DNA of 64,000 nt, from positions 928,001 through 992,000 of the forward strand of contig CBDAOY010000007.1 in the NCBI GenBank assembly GCA_965198225.1, read 5' to 3'. This DNA comes from Terriglobia bacterium. GTDB lineage: Bacteria > Acidobacteriota > Terriglobia > 20CM-2-55-15. Shown here in pieces: positions 10,840 through 20,444 of this stretch. Made by a program: the position numbers and the translations under genes. How positions within the stretch are numbered: the first letter of the stretch is position 1; each line of letters opens with the position of its first letter. The notes under the pieces were generated by a model that saw only the letters and a program-made list of their open reading frames with translations, made no database searches and had not been told where the DNA came from.

Positions 10840-11751
10840 ATGTACTACTTCACCCGAATCCAACTCGCAAAGGTGTTGGCCGTCGCCGCGCTATTCCTTT
10901 TGAGTCCGCCGCTGACTCGGGGACAGGCTCCAACCGGCGATCCCGTTGGTGTCGATCAAATTACTTGGGTAAACCCGCCAGAGGCACTGCCGCCGAACAC
11001 AAAGCACGACACGTTCTGGAGCCCGTCCATGGACCTGGAGGTTGGGTACTCCATCTACCTTCCGCCTGGTTACGAGGAGGGTGTTGCGCGATATCCCGTG
11101 GTCTACTGGCTCCATGGTCGCGGCGGCAACGAGGCGGGAGTCTCGCCGATCCCGGTGCTTCACGCCGCAATTCAGGACGGCCGCGCCAAACCGATCGTGT
11201 TCGTCATCGTGAACGGCGGTGTCGCTAGCGGCTACATTGACAACCCGACCACCGGAGTGATGGGAGAGTCAGTCGTCGTCCGTGAACTCATCCCCCACAT
11301 TGAAGGCACGTATCGCGTTGGTTCTAACGCAGCGAGTCGTGGCATCGGCGGCATGTCGATGGGAGGTGCGGGTGCAGTTCGAATGGCGCTCCGTTATCCG
11401 GAAATGTTCGGTGTGGTGGTGTCAGTGGCAGGTGCACTCTTCGATTACGCCTCAATCATGGAACGCCACTGGGTGCCTGATGCCGCCTTGGCGCGAAGCT
11501 ATGACCCCTATGTGCAAGCGAGTCGACAGGCCGTACGCCTGCACCAGTCACTTTCGCTGCGGATGTTTATCGGGACAAACGACGGGCAGTTGAATAACAA
11601 TCGCCGATTCAACACTCATCTTGATGACCTCGGCGTACCCTGTGAGTACACTCAACTCGAAGGAATCGAGCATAACTTGTCTCAGTACCTAAACGCCGTC
11701 GGATTAGAAATCTTCGGCTTCTACTCGGCCCATCTTGTGAAGCCTGATTAG
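10840..11751 (+). CDS. Secreted alpha/beta-hydrolase esterase
   Basis: IYLPPGY, YWLHG, GMSMGG, D..H triad; signal peptide; RBS GGAGG. Confidence 0.85.
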   Translation: MYYFTRIQLAKVLAVAALFLLSPPLTRGQAPTGDPVGVDQITWVNPPEALPPNTKHDTFWSPSMDLEVGYSIYLPPGYEEGVARYPVVYWLHGRGGNEAGVSPIPVLHAAIQDGRAKPIVFVIVNGGVASGYIDNPTTGVMGESVVVRELIPHIEGTYRVGSNAASRGIGGMSMGGAGAVRMALRYPEMFGVVVSVAGALFDYASIMERHWVPDAALARSYDPYVQASRQAVRLHQSLSLRMFIGTNDGQLNNNRRFNTHLDDLGVPCEYTQLEGIEHNLSQYLNAVGLEIFGFYSAHLVKPD

Positions 11752-11825
11752 ACGGTTGTCCGGACAGCCGTTGATGTATAGTCGCCGATACGGAAACGTG
11801 GATTGTTCGGAGAATCGGAGCGGAC

Positions 11826-12632
11826 CTAATACACGAATACCACGGGCCTCACGATCATCCCGTCACCATCCTCGATGTTGAGAGGCACGCCGACAAAGAA
11901 CATGTTCTGCTTATCGAGCAGCACTTCGACGTTGAACAACTGCTCATAAACCGGGATGCCTCTGGATAGAAACGAGTAGTGCCCCCCCGTCGTGCTCGTC
12001 TCACCGACATACCCGACGCTGAATCCGTCTGTCCCGTATGAACGAACGGGTAGCGTAGCGAGAAACTCGGCGGCTTCGTCAGTCAGTGTTGGAAACTGCG
12101 GGATTACCTGCTCGGGCGAGGGAGGGCTGTATCCAGTTACGATCAGCACAATGTCGTCTGGATCCACCTCGCCCCGGAACATTCCGATCGGGACGGACGG
12201 TCCGTTGGGATAACCGCGCGCATCAAAGACTCTCACTGGCCCCGCGAACGCCTCGACTGGAAAGCTATCGACACCTCCGCTGAATCCGTAGTGATTCGGC
12301 GCATCTACATGGGGACCGCCGTGGTTGAACAAGTTGTAGTAGGCGTTTGACCCTGCATCGTTTGTATGAGGGATCACCTCGAACGAATTCGAGTCGTAGC
12401 CTCTTAGCTCGAGTAAAGCACTGCCCCACACGCGCTCGGGAAGGTCCTCCGTCACCAAGGCACCGAGATCGATGACCTCCGAGGGCGCGAACACAACCTG
12501 GCTTTCAGGGACGGCTTCTGGGACTGTGCATGCGCTGACGCTCGCGAAAATGGCCAACCAGACCGCGTGCCACAAACTGCACGATAGGAGTGATGTGATC
12601 CAAGCAGCATCCTGACAGAGTGAGCGAGCCAT
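11826..12632 (-). CDS. Cyclase family (kynurenine formamidase-like) metal hydrolase
   Basis: HGGPHVDAPNH, GTD, GIPVYE, DG..VRPV. Confidence 0.8.
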   Translation of the reverse strand: MARSLCQDAAWITSLLSCSLWHAVWLAIFASVSACTVPEAVPESQVVFAPSEVIDLGALVTEDLPERVWGSALLELRGYDSNSFEVIPHTNDAGSNAYYNLFNHGGPHVDAPNHYGFSGGVDSFPVEAFAGPVRVFDARGYPNGPSVPIGMFRGEVDPDDIVLIVTGYSPPSPEQVIPQFPTLTDEAAEFLATLPVRSYGTDGFSVGYVGETSTTGGHYSFLSRGIPVYEQLFNVEVLLDKQNMFFVGVPLNIEDGDGMIVRPVVFVY

Positions 12633-13090
12633 AGGCCTCCTTCTCGGGTGGAACTGCGCAGAGGCTACCAGAGGAGGCGATCCGGCTCAAGCCTCAGCGG
12701 GATGACCCTGGGAAGCAAATTAACGCACGGCTTCGGAGCTTGAGCCGCTTCGTCAACGTGTGCCAGCTCCCTGATTTTTCGAGGCCAAGTCCCCATAAGT
12801 CGCCTACACGTCCTTGTGGATTGCGTTTGGAAATCTCCAGGCACCTCATCGCTACCGCCTGATGCTTCCCCTGGGGGCGCACCTACCGCAGCACCATGTT
12901 CAGCTTGGAGTGTCCGAGGAGGGCTGCGAGTGTAGCCGTCCGGGCCGAAAAGCGGCTCAATCACGCTCCGATGACTGCGCCGTGAAGAGTAACGCAGCGG
13001 GTGTTAGGGTTGTCCTGAAGGCAGCGGCAGGTGTGGAGAGACGAAGCTCTGATCGCTCCGGGCAACAGTCCGGTTACTGAACGCTGGCGC

Positions 13091-13921
13091 TTATTGCCCG
13101 TTGCACTGCGGACTAAGCATGTCCAGGTTGGTCAGGCTGATGCGATCACCGCTCGGACGGCTGATCAACGCGCCTCTCGCCAGCATCCGGTGACCCTCGT
13201 GAGCGGCGGGGTCGAAATCGCCAAGCATGAAGAAGTTGATCAGATCGAACGTCAGGTCGCCGATCGCGATTCTTCGGGCTGCGTTCAACTCTTCCGGCGT
13301 CGATTCCATCTCCGGGTCCGGGTTTCGGTTCCGGCTTGGATTGCTGGTCAGGGTCAGCGTCCATTGGTTCCCTTCTGTCCGCGTCAGGCAACCGACAGCT
13401 TGAACCAGCGAATTGGGTGGCAGCGGCTTTGGCCCGTCTTTGCCTTCGATTCGAATGTTGCCGGCGGAACTGGGATTCAACTCGACGTCTCCGGCCGGAA
13501 AGCCGAGCTTCTCCAGGAGGTGCGCTACGACAACAAGGTACTCCGAATCGCTCAATGGGGGTCTGCGACGGGGCATGGTCGATCGGACCTTCGCGTAAAG
13601 ACTACCGACGGTGTCCTCTCGCCAGTTCTCGAAGAAGACGGGCTCGTTGAGTCTCGTCCCCCCCCGCCCTCCGCCTCTGGTCGTCTCTCCGTGGCAACCG
13701 TCGCAGTTGGCCTCGAATACCACCTGGCCCGCCCGCGCCTGAGCCTCCGTGTAGACGCCTTCCCAGGCGGTCTTGCTTTCCGCCCCGGTTTGAAGGATCG
13801 TCCGCGCGGCCTCGCCTTTTGAAACCGGGTTCCACATCCCCACAATGATCAGGCCGGCAATCAAGAGAACCCCTCCCCTTCGTTGACTCCTGGCCTTCGT
13901 CTTCTCTTGGTAGTGCTGCAT
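13091..13921 (-). CDS. Monoheme cytochrome c with C-terminal beta domain
   Basis: GVYTEAQARAG, CDGCHG heme motif, STMP distal Met; ATG 13921 with GGGGAG RBS. Confidence 0.8.
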   Translation of the reverse strand: MQHYQEKTKARSQRRGGVLLIAGLIIVGMWNPVSKGEAARTILQTGAESKTAWEGVYTEAQARAGQVVFEANCDGCHGETTRGGGRGGTRLNEPVFFENWREDTVGSLYAKVRSTMPRRRPPLSDSEYLVVVAHLLEKLGFPAGDVELNPSSAGNIRIEGKDGPKPLPPNSLVQAVGCLTRTEGNQWTLTLTSNPSRNRNPDPEMESTPEELNAARRIAIGDLTFDLINFFMLGDFDPAAHEGHRMLARGALISRPSGDRISLTNLDMLSPQCNGQ

Positions 13922-14181
13922 GATGGTGTTCTCCCCTGGGTGCCGCTGAACCGAGCTCGTCCGCAGACACCCGACATCAATTCCTTTCCACAGACCGGTC
14001 TCAAGCCCATCGAGGTCCTTGCAGCGACCCTCCGGTCCGACCCGCACCTTGTAAGAAAATTTGGTAAATACTACGAAAGGTCGCAGATCAGTGCAAGCAA
14101 ACGCCACAACAAGGGACAGGATTCTCGAGTTTCGAAGAACAGCTCCTCCCTCGTGCGCACACTGCAACGCACCTATTCACA

Positions 14182-14313
14182 GCGGACACGAAACTCGGCC
14201 TCTACGAGATCACCGCACCCATTGGCGCTGGTGGTATGGGTGTGGTCAACCGGGCCGCAGACACGTCCCTCCAGCGTCAGGTCGCGTTGATTCTGGCGCC
14301 GAATCAGGAGTAA
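14182..14313 (+). pseudogene. Degraded Ser/Thr kinase N-terminal remnant
   Basis: Manual translation ADTKLGLYEITAPIGAGGMGVVNRAADTSLQRQVALIL matches the kinase P-loop region. Confidence 0.7.
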
Positions 14314-14374
14314 CCCGACTTGCCTGCCACTTGCGGAATCCGACTGTCTGGCCAACAGCGAGCCGCGACAATCC

Positions 14375-15932
14375 ACGCTATAAGAGAGGCCGCCCCTTTG
14401 TCGGCTGTTGTCAGGAGGAGAATCTCCCGACAACAACCGGTTCAACGTGGCTGCGTTGAACACAAGACAAAGGAACAAACAAATGAAGCGAGACAAGTAT
14501 ATCGGCATGGATGTGCACCAGGCAACGACAGTGGTGACGGTGTTAGACGCGAAGGGGGCGGTGGTCTGGGAGACGATCGTCGACACGCAGGCCGGAGCAA
14601 TCATCCGAATGTTGGAAAGCCTGAGTGGAGGGCTGCATGTGACGTTTGAAGAGACCACGCAGGCGGCATGGCTGTATGAAGTGGTGCGACGCTACGTCCA
14701 GGAAGTGGTGGTCTGTGATCCTAGACGCAACAAGCTTCTCGGGGAGGGATCCAAGGCCGACAAAGCCGATGCGCGGAAGCTGGCCGAGTTACTCCGTGCC
14801 GGAATGCTGCGAGCGGTTTACCACGGTCACGACGCAACCCGCGGGTTGAAGGAACTGGTCCGCGGATACGAAACCTTGTCGGCCGATACGATGCGGACGA
14901 TGACTCGGATCAAGTCGATCTATCGTGCGCGGGGCATCCGGACACCCGGCCACGGAGTCTACCAACCCGCGCAACGCACCCAGTGGCTGGAACGATTGAC
15001 CGAGCCCGGAGTCGGGCAACGTGTCGGGTGGTTGTACGAAGAACTGGATCATTTACGGAGGTTGAGGAAAGAGGCGAAGCAGGCCATGTTGGCCGAGAGC
15101 CGGAAGCACAGGGCGATCACACTGTTGAGAAGCATTCCCAAACTGGGGCCGATTCGGAGTGCGTTGATTGTCGCGACCGTGGACACGCCCCATCGATTTC
15201 GCACGAAGCGTCAACTCTGGAGCTACTGTGGACTGGCTGTGAGAACTCATATGAGTTCGGAGTACGAACTCCAGGATGGTCGAGTCGTGCGCCGGCGTAA
15301 ACCGATTGCCACCCGGGGACTGAATCGCAATTGCAACCATCGTTTGAAGAACGTATTTATCGGTGCGGCGACCGGCGGGAGTCGGGCCGGGATCTCGGTC
15401 CCTACCTGGAACGTCTCAAACAGGATGGGATGCGCGCGGAAATGGCGCGACTGGCACTGGCACGCAAGATCGCCGCAATCGCACTCCGGATGTGGAAAAC
15501 AGGAGAGACGTTTGATCCGAAGAAGCTGAACTGGACAACATAGCCGTTTCGAACTGCTCGACCAAGGACATGAGGACATGGTCGCTCGTCGTTGGTGGTT
15601 GTTCGAAACGGTAGGGTCGAGGGTGAGGATCCGCAGGCATGTTGGCACACGATTACGATCGAAGGCCCATAATTCACTCTATCCCCCCTCGTACGGCCTG
15701 GAAAAGCAATAGCCCCTCGAGGCTCAGATAGAACTATGGCCGGCAACTAGGACCGATGCGCTTTTCAGTTTCTTGAACGACTCGACGTTGTGATGAGTGA
15801 ACCCGTTATTCGAAAACCTTGGATCTCGAGGGTTGCTTAGCGGAGACAGGGGCTGGTTGCCAAGACCTGTTTCATCGTCAGGGTGCCCCGCCGGTGGGAA
15901 GATGTTTCTCTTGACAACCCCTCTCATAGAAC
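14375..15932 (+). mobile_element. IS110 family element, IS1111-like architecture (subterminal IRs, long 3' non-coding region)
   Basis: CTATAAGAGAGG (14378) vs CCTCTCATAG (15920-15929) imperfect IR; TTGACA inside the right end; AC at both boundaries. Confidence 0.65.
14483..15543 (+). pseudogene. IS110 family DEDD recombinase/transposase, frameshifted near 15390
   Basis: YIGMDVH, FEE, KADKADARKLA, IPKLG; C-terminus ARLALARKIA continues in another frame after G-run 15389-15391. Confidence 0.85.
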
Positions 15933-16043
15933 ATGCATGTAAAGTCGACTTGAACGAAGCCGCTGGCGCGGCGGACGCTACGCGTGTGCTGAGCGAAGAG
16001 TGATGAGCCCCCGATAGAGTGTGAGCCTCACAAGGAGGCTCAC

Positions 16044-16934
16044 ATGACGAAGCTGCGACAACGGATGCTGGAGGAACTCCAGCGCCGGAACTACTCACCC
16101 GCTACGATTCGGCTGTATCTTCACGCGGTCGAAGACTTCGCCCGCTACTTCGGGAAGTCCCCCGACAAGCTCGAACAGGAACAGATGCGGCAGTACCAGC
16201 TGCATCTGCTTCAGGAGCGCAAGCTCGCTGTCGACACCATCATCGGACGGATCGCCGCACTCCGGTTCTTCTACGTGAAGGTGCTTCGCCGTCCCTATCA
16301 CCAGGTCGATCTGGTCTATCCGAAACAGCCGTCCCGGTTGCCCACGATTCTGAGCGAAGAGGAAGTGGCGCAACTGCTGGCCTCCGCCAACAGTGCCTAT
16401 CACTTCGTCATCCTGATGACCTTGTATTCGACGGGACTGCGGCGGGCCGAGCTGTGTCGTCTGAAGGTCGAGGACGTCGATAGCGAACGCATGGTGATCC
16501 ATGTGAGGCAGGGTAAAGGCAATCGCGACCGCGACGTGCCGCTGTCACCGAAACTGCTGGAAGTCCTGCGCGACTACTGGCGTTGGCGGAAACCCGGCGA
16601 GTACCTCTTCCCCAGTTTGCTCCGGACCCGGCCCGGACAGCCCATCGATGTGAAGACGGTTTGGTACGCCGTCCAACAAGCCGCCCAACGTGCCGGCATC
16701 AAAAAGAAAGTATCCCCACATACGCTGCGCCACAGCTGGGCCACCCACCTGCTGGAGAGGGGAACCGACCTGCGAACCATCCAGCTCCTGTTGGGTCATG
16801 TCGATCTGGAAGCGACGACCCTCTATCTCCATTTGTCTCAGGCGCACATGCAGCGCGTGGTGAACCCGATCGATTCTCTTCCGGTTCCCGATCTGGGACC
16901 GTCTCCCCGTCTGAGAAAGAAGAAAGGCGAATGA
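16044..16934 (+). CDS. Tyrosine recombinase/integrase
   Basis: TGLRRAE, GKG..DR, HTLRHSWATHLL, LGH..T..Y; RBS AAGGAGG. Confidence 0.93.
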   Translation: MTKLRQRMLEELQRRNYSPATIRLYLHAVEDFARYFGKSPDKLEQEQMRQYQLHLLQERKLAVDTIIGRIAALRFFYVKVLRRPYHQVDLVYPKQPSRLPTILSEEEVAQLLASANSAYHFVILMTLYSTGLRRAELCRLKVEDVDSERMVIHVRQGKGNRDRDVPLSPKLLEVLRDYWRWRKPGEYLFPSLLRTRPGQPIDVKTVWYAVQQAAQRAGIKKKVSPHTLRHSWATHLLERGTDLRTIQLLLGHVDLEATTLYLHLSQAHMQRVVNPIDSLPVPDLGPSPRLRKKKGE

Positions 16935-18100
16935 GCCGGCCCGCCGTCGAGGTGGCCGACATCGTCCGCGCCCGGGTTCGAGGTTTCCTCCAGCGTCACC
17001 GCCTCGGCATCCAGAAGCTCAAGGTCCTGCGCGCCATCCTGAACTGTCGTACTGCGGCTCTGGGTGGCCACATCGACCGGTGTGCCGATTGTGGCCGGGA
17101 GTCCGGAATCTCGTTCAACTCCTGCCGCAACCGCCACTGCCCGAAGTGTCAGACCCAGGCCCGACGACGGTGGCTCGAAGCACGAGAAGCCGAACTGCTG
17201 CCCACCCCCTACTTCCACGTCGTGTTCACCGTCCCGCACCAGTTCCATCCGTTCTTCTTCCACAACCCTGCCCTACTCTACAGCCTGCTGTTTCGCAGCG
17301 TGGCCGACACGATGATCGAGGTGGCGGCCAATCCGAAACGACTCGGCGCCCGGATCGGCTTCTTCGGCATCCTGCATACCTGGAGTCAGAACCTGGAGTT
17401 CCATCCCCACATCCACTGCGTGGTACCGGCCGGCGGACTGGCTCCGGATCAGTCCCGTTGGATTCCGGGTTCTGGGCGCTTCTTCCTCCCCAAGCAGGTG
17501 CTCGCCCGAGTCTTCCGTGGCAAGTTCATCGACGGGCTCGGGCGAGCGATCGCCGACGGTTCGCTCGAACTGTCCGGCTCGATTCGACCCTTCGGCGAAC
17601 CGCAACACTTTCGGCGGTTCCGCCGCCAGATCCATTCCCGCAACTGGGTCGTCTATATCAAACGACCCTTTGGTGGCCCCGAACAGGTGCTCCGCTACCT
17701 GGGCCGCTACACCCATCGGGTCGCCATCTCCAACCATCGATTGATCTCGTTTGACGGTAACCGGGTCCGGTTCCGTTGGCGGGATTACCGCAATGGCAAC
17801 AAGAGTCGCATCATGACACTCGCGGCCGACGAGTTCATCCGACGGTTCTTATTGCACGTTCTGCCGAAGGGCTTCGTCCGCATCCGACACTTCGGATTCA
17901 TGGCCAACTACCGCCGGTCGGCCGCCTTCGCTCTCTGTCGCCAACTCCTCGATGCCATGCCGAGGGTCGAATCTGACGAAACCACCACCTCGAACTCTTC
18001 CTGGTCGTGTCCGCACTGTCAGGGACCGATGACTCTCATCCAACGCTTCACCGCTCTGCAACTCGTAGCGAGGCTCGCCTTCCAATGCGATACGTCCTAA
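16931..18100 (+). CDS. IS91-like transposase (Zn-binding + Y2 HUH domain)
   Basis: CRT..LGGH..C..C, SCRNRHCPKCQ, HPHIH, YLGRY, C-terminal CPHC. Confidence 0.92.
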   Translation: MSRPAVEVADIVRARVRGFLQRHRLGIQKLKVLRAILNCRTAALGGHIDRCADCGRESGISFNSCRNRHCPKCQTQARRRWLEAREAELLPTPYFHVVFTVPHQFHPFFFHNPALLYSLLFRSVADTMIEVAANPKRLGARIGFFGILHTWSQNLEFHPHIHCVVPAGGLAPDQSRWIPGSGRFFLPKQVLARVFRGKFIDGLGRAIADGSLELSGSIRPFGEPQHFRRFRRQIHSRNWVVYIKRPFGGPEQVLRYLGRYTHRVAISNHRLISFDGNRVRFRWRDYRNGNKSRIMTLAADEFIRRFLLHVLPKGFVRIRHFGFMANYRRSAAFALCRQLLDAMPRVESDETTTSNSSWSCPHCQGPMTLIQRFTALQLVARLAFQCDTS

Positions 18101-18596
18101 TCCTCCTTCACAAACCGACGACCGACGTGCGGTTCAGCCACGTCCTCGCCGGAGTGTGCCTCCGCTGCAAAATCCCCTCAGATCCCGTCCTTTCAACCCA
18201 CCGATTCCCCGACCCAACTGCTTTCCGATTCACACCATCGACGCGGTCATCGACCGCCGGTCCCCCTCCTCGCCCCAACGCCACTCCAGATCCGGCCCGC
18301 TTCCGGCTACTTTCTCCATAGCCCACCGCGTCCGCCGCATTCGGCCAGCGCCCTCCTTCAAGTCTTGTTATCGAAACTGCCGCGGTGGGAACTTCTCGCT
18401 CATCCTGTGGCCGCGCTCGCCGCGGCACTTCCGATGAACGCTAACGACTTATCGGAGAAGTGGTTTCCGTCGCAGCTCCAGTTTCTTGCCCCCTCGTCGA
18501 CTCAACTTGACTCAACCACGGACGGCTTCTTTTGTCTGTTGCGCCTTTGCGCTTTTGGGTTGATCAACAGCCGTTCAATAGGCGGGATGCCACAGT

Positions 18597-19073
18597 TCAC
18601 TTGGAGTGGAACCAGTAGTCGACGCGCTGCCGGACGTGGTCGCGGTGCGTTCCCGGCCAATAAACGCGACTGCAGTCCGGGCAGGACTTGAACGATTTCT
18701 GAGTCTGGAAGACGTACGGAGGCACCCGGTCCTCGATGGCCTCCCGGGTTTCGGGATCCAGCGGCCGATTGCATTCCAGGCAGCGTGAGAACAACTCGAG
18801 CCGTTCGAGGTGCAGGGTTCCGATAACCTGCTCCATCTGGGCGTCGAGGTCCCCGCTTTCGATGAAGACATGTTTCCGGGCTTTGCGTCGCTCCAGCATA
18901 CGGACGTCGCGCGTGAGGATGACACGATCGTCCTCCAGCGCCCGGGCGACGATTTCCTGATCGGCGAAGACGTTGGAGTACAGAACGTCGTAGCCCAGGA
19001 TTCGGAGCCACCGTGCCAGCTTCCCGAGCATGACATCGGCTATGAACCGCGGCGGAATGGGCGGATCGGGCAT
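18597..19073 (-). CDS. Mut7-C RNase (PIN-like) domain protein
   Basis: FIADVMLGKLARWLRILGYD, RCLECN, CPDCSRVYWPGTH. Confidence 0.9.
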   Translation of the reverse strand: MPDPPIPPRFIADVMLGKLARWLRILGYDVLYSNVFADQEIVARALEDDRVILTRDVRMLERRKARKHVFIESGDLDAQMEQVIGTLHLERLELFSRCLECNRPLDPETREAIEDRVPPYVFQTQKSFKSCPDCSRVYWPGTHRDHVRQRVDYWFHSK

Positions 19074-19179
19074 TGGTCGTTGACAACGTTCGGCGGACTC
19101 CGATACAACCGAAAGTTACTTCATTCGAGAGGGAGTTACCAGGACCAGCGGCCGAAGGAGACTGGGGCGAAAAGCAATC

Positions 19180-20337
19180 ATGAAAGAAACGGCAGAAGTT
19201 GCGATCATCGGCGGGGGCATCGTCGGGTTGAGTATTGCCTACCACCTGGCCGAGAGGGGGATGACAGACGTTGTTGTTCTCGAGAAGGAGGACATGGTTG
19301 GAACCGGTTCGACCGGGAGGTGTGCCGGGGGGTTCCGTTATCAGTTTTCGACCGAGGCCAACATCCGGCTGTCCATGCTCAGCGTGGGCAAGTTGCTGGC
19401 GTTCCAGGAGGAGATGGACCAGGAGCTGGACTTCCACCAGGACGGCTACCTGTTTCTGCTCGACAACGAGAAGGATGTCGAGGTTTTCAAGAAGAACATC
19501 CAGCTTCAGCGGCAGTTCGACATTCCTGTGGAATTGCTCCAGCCGGACGAGATTTCACGCGTGTTGCCGGACACCGAAGTGAACCTGGACGATATTCTCG
19601 CAGCCAGCTACTGCCCCTGGGACGGCGTGTCGGACCCCGCCGGCGTCACTGAAGGCTACCGCAAGAATGCCCTTCGACTGGGGACCCGTATAGAGACAGA
19701 CCAGGAGGTCGTCGGGATCGATATCGAAAACGGGCGCGTGCAGGGTGTCCGCACGAAGAACGGTCCGGTCTCCGCACGCTTCGTCATAAATGCGGCCGGA
19801 CCCTATGCCGGGGCGATCGGCCAGATGGCGGGTGTCGAGGTTCCAGTCGTGCCGCTGCGACGGTTCATCTGGACGACCAAGCCTTTCGAACACGTCCCAC
19901 CCCGCTGGACGCTCGTGATCGATTTTGCCACGGGCTTTTATTTCCACCGAGAGAGCGGAGGGGTTCTCTTCGGGATGGGGAATCGAGACGAAGGACCAAC
20001 CTTCGACCTGAGTGTCGACTGGGACTTCTTCGAGAAAGTGATGGAGATCGCGATTGACCGTTTTCCGCCGATCGGCGATACGGCGATCCACAAGTCCTGG
20101 GCGGGCAGCTACGAAACCTCGCCCGACGCCAATCCCATCCTCGGACGTGTCCCGGAGCTGGAAGGTTTCATCCTGGCCAACGGTTTCAGCGGCCACGGCT
20201 TCCAACACGCTGCCGGTGTCGGCCAGCTGATCGCCGAAGAAATCCTCGACGGCAAGGCATCGGCAGTGGATATCTCACCCTTCTCGATCGAACGTTTCGC
20301 TGCGGCCGGGACAGAAGTCGAACACGGAGTAGTTTAA
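19180..20337 (+). CDS. FAD-dependent oxidoreductase (DAO/sarcosine oxidase beta-like)
   Basis: IIGGGIVG, GSTGRCAG, SPDANPILG, GFSGHGF. Confidence 0.88.
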   Translation: MKETAEVAIIGGGIVGLSIAYHLAERGMTDVVVLEKEDMVGTGSTGRCAGGFRYQFSTEANIRLSMLSVGKLLAFQEEMDQELDFHQDGYLFLLDNEKDVEVFKKNIQLQRQFDIPVELLQPDEISRVLPDTEVNLDDILAASYCPWDGVSDPAGVTEGYRKNALRLGTRIETDQEVVGIDIENGRVQGVRTKNGPVSARFVINAAGPYAGAIGQMAGVEVPVVPLRRFIWTTKPFEHVPPRWTLVIDFATGFYFHRESGGVLFGMGNRDEGPTFDLSVDWDFFEKVMEIAIDRFPPIGDTAIHKSWAGSYETSPDANPILGRVPELEGFILANGFSGHGFQHAAGVGQLIAEEILDGKASAVDISPFSIERFAAAGTEVEHGVV

Positions 20338-20347
20338 GAGGGAAGGG

Positions 20348-20425
20348 TTAACCACGGAGGCACGGAGGAGGAAGTTGTTTTCTGACAGAGTCTTTTTCTC
20401 CGCGTCTTCGTGCCTCCGTGGTTAA
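20348..20425. repeat. Intergenic 17-bp inverted repeat built from CACGGAGG units
   Basis: TTAACCACGGAGGCACG / CGTGCCTCCGTGGTTAA between convergent genes. Confidence 0.7.
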
Positions 20426-20444
20426 GATCCCGTCCGACCCGCCG

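Larger units (their letters stand above)
15933..18390 (+). mobile_element. Tyrosine recombinase + IS91-like transposase two-gene element
   Basis: Coupled genes (ATGA overlap); imperfect inverted terminal motifs at 15947-15978 and 18328-18364; boundaries approximate. Confidence 0.65.

Noticed and set aside
12665-12964. Possible sigma54-activator remnant (WPRKIRELAHVDE resembles WPGN.REL)
   Set aside because: A single degenerate motif with no Walker A or GAFTGA; too weak to call.
16044-16934. Integron integrase or prophage integrase
   Set aside because: No IntI-specific insertion, attC array, tRNA site or phage genes seen; it is coupled to an IS91-like transposase.
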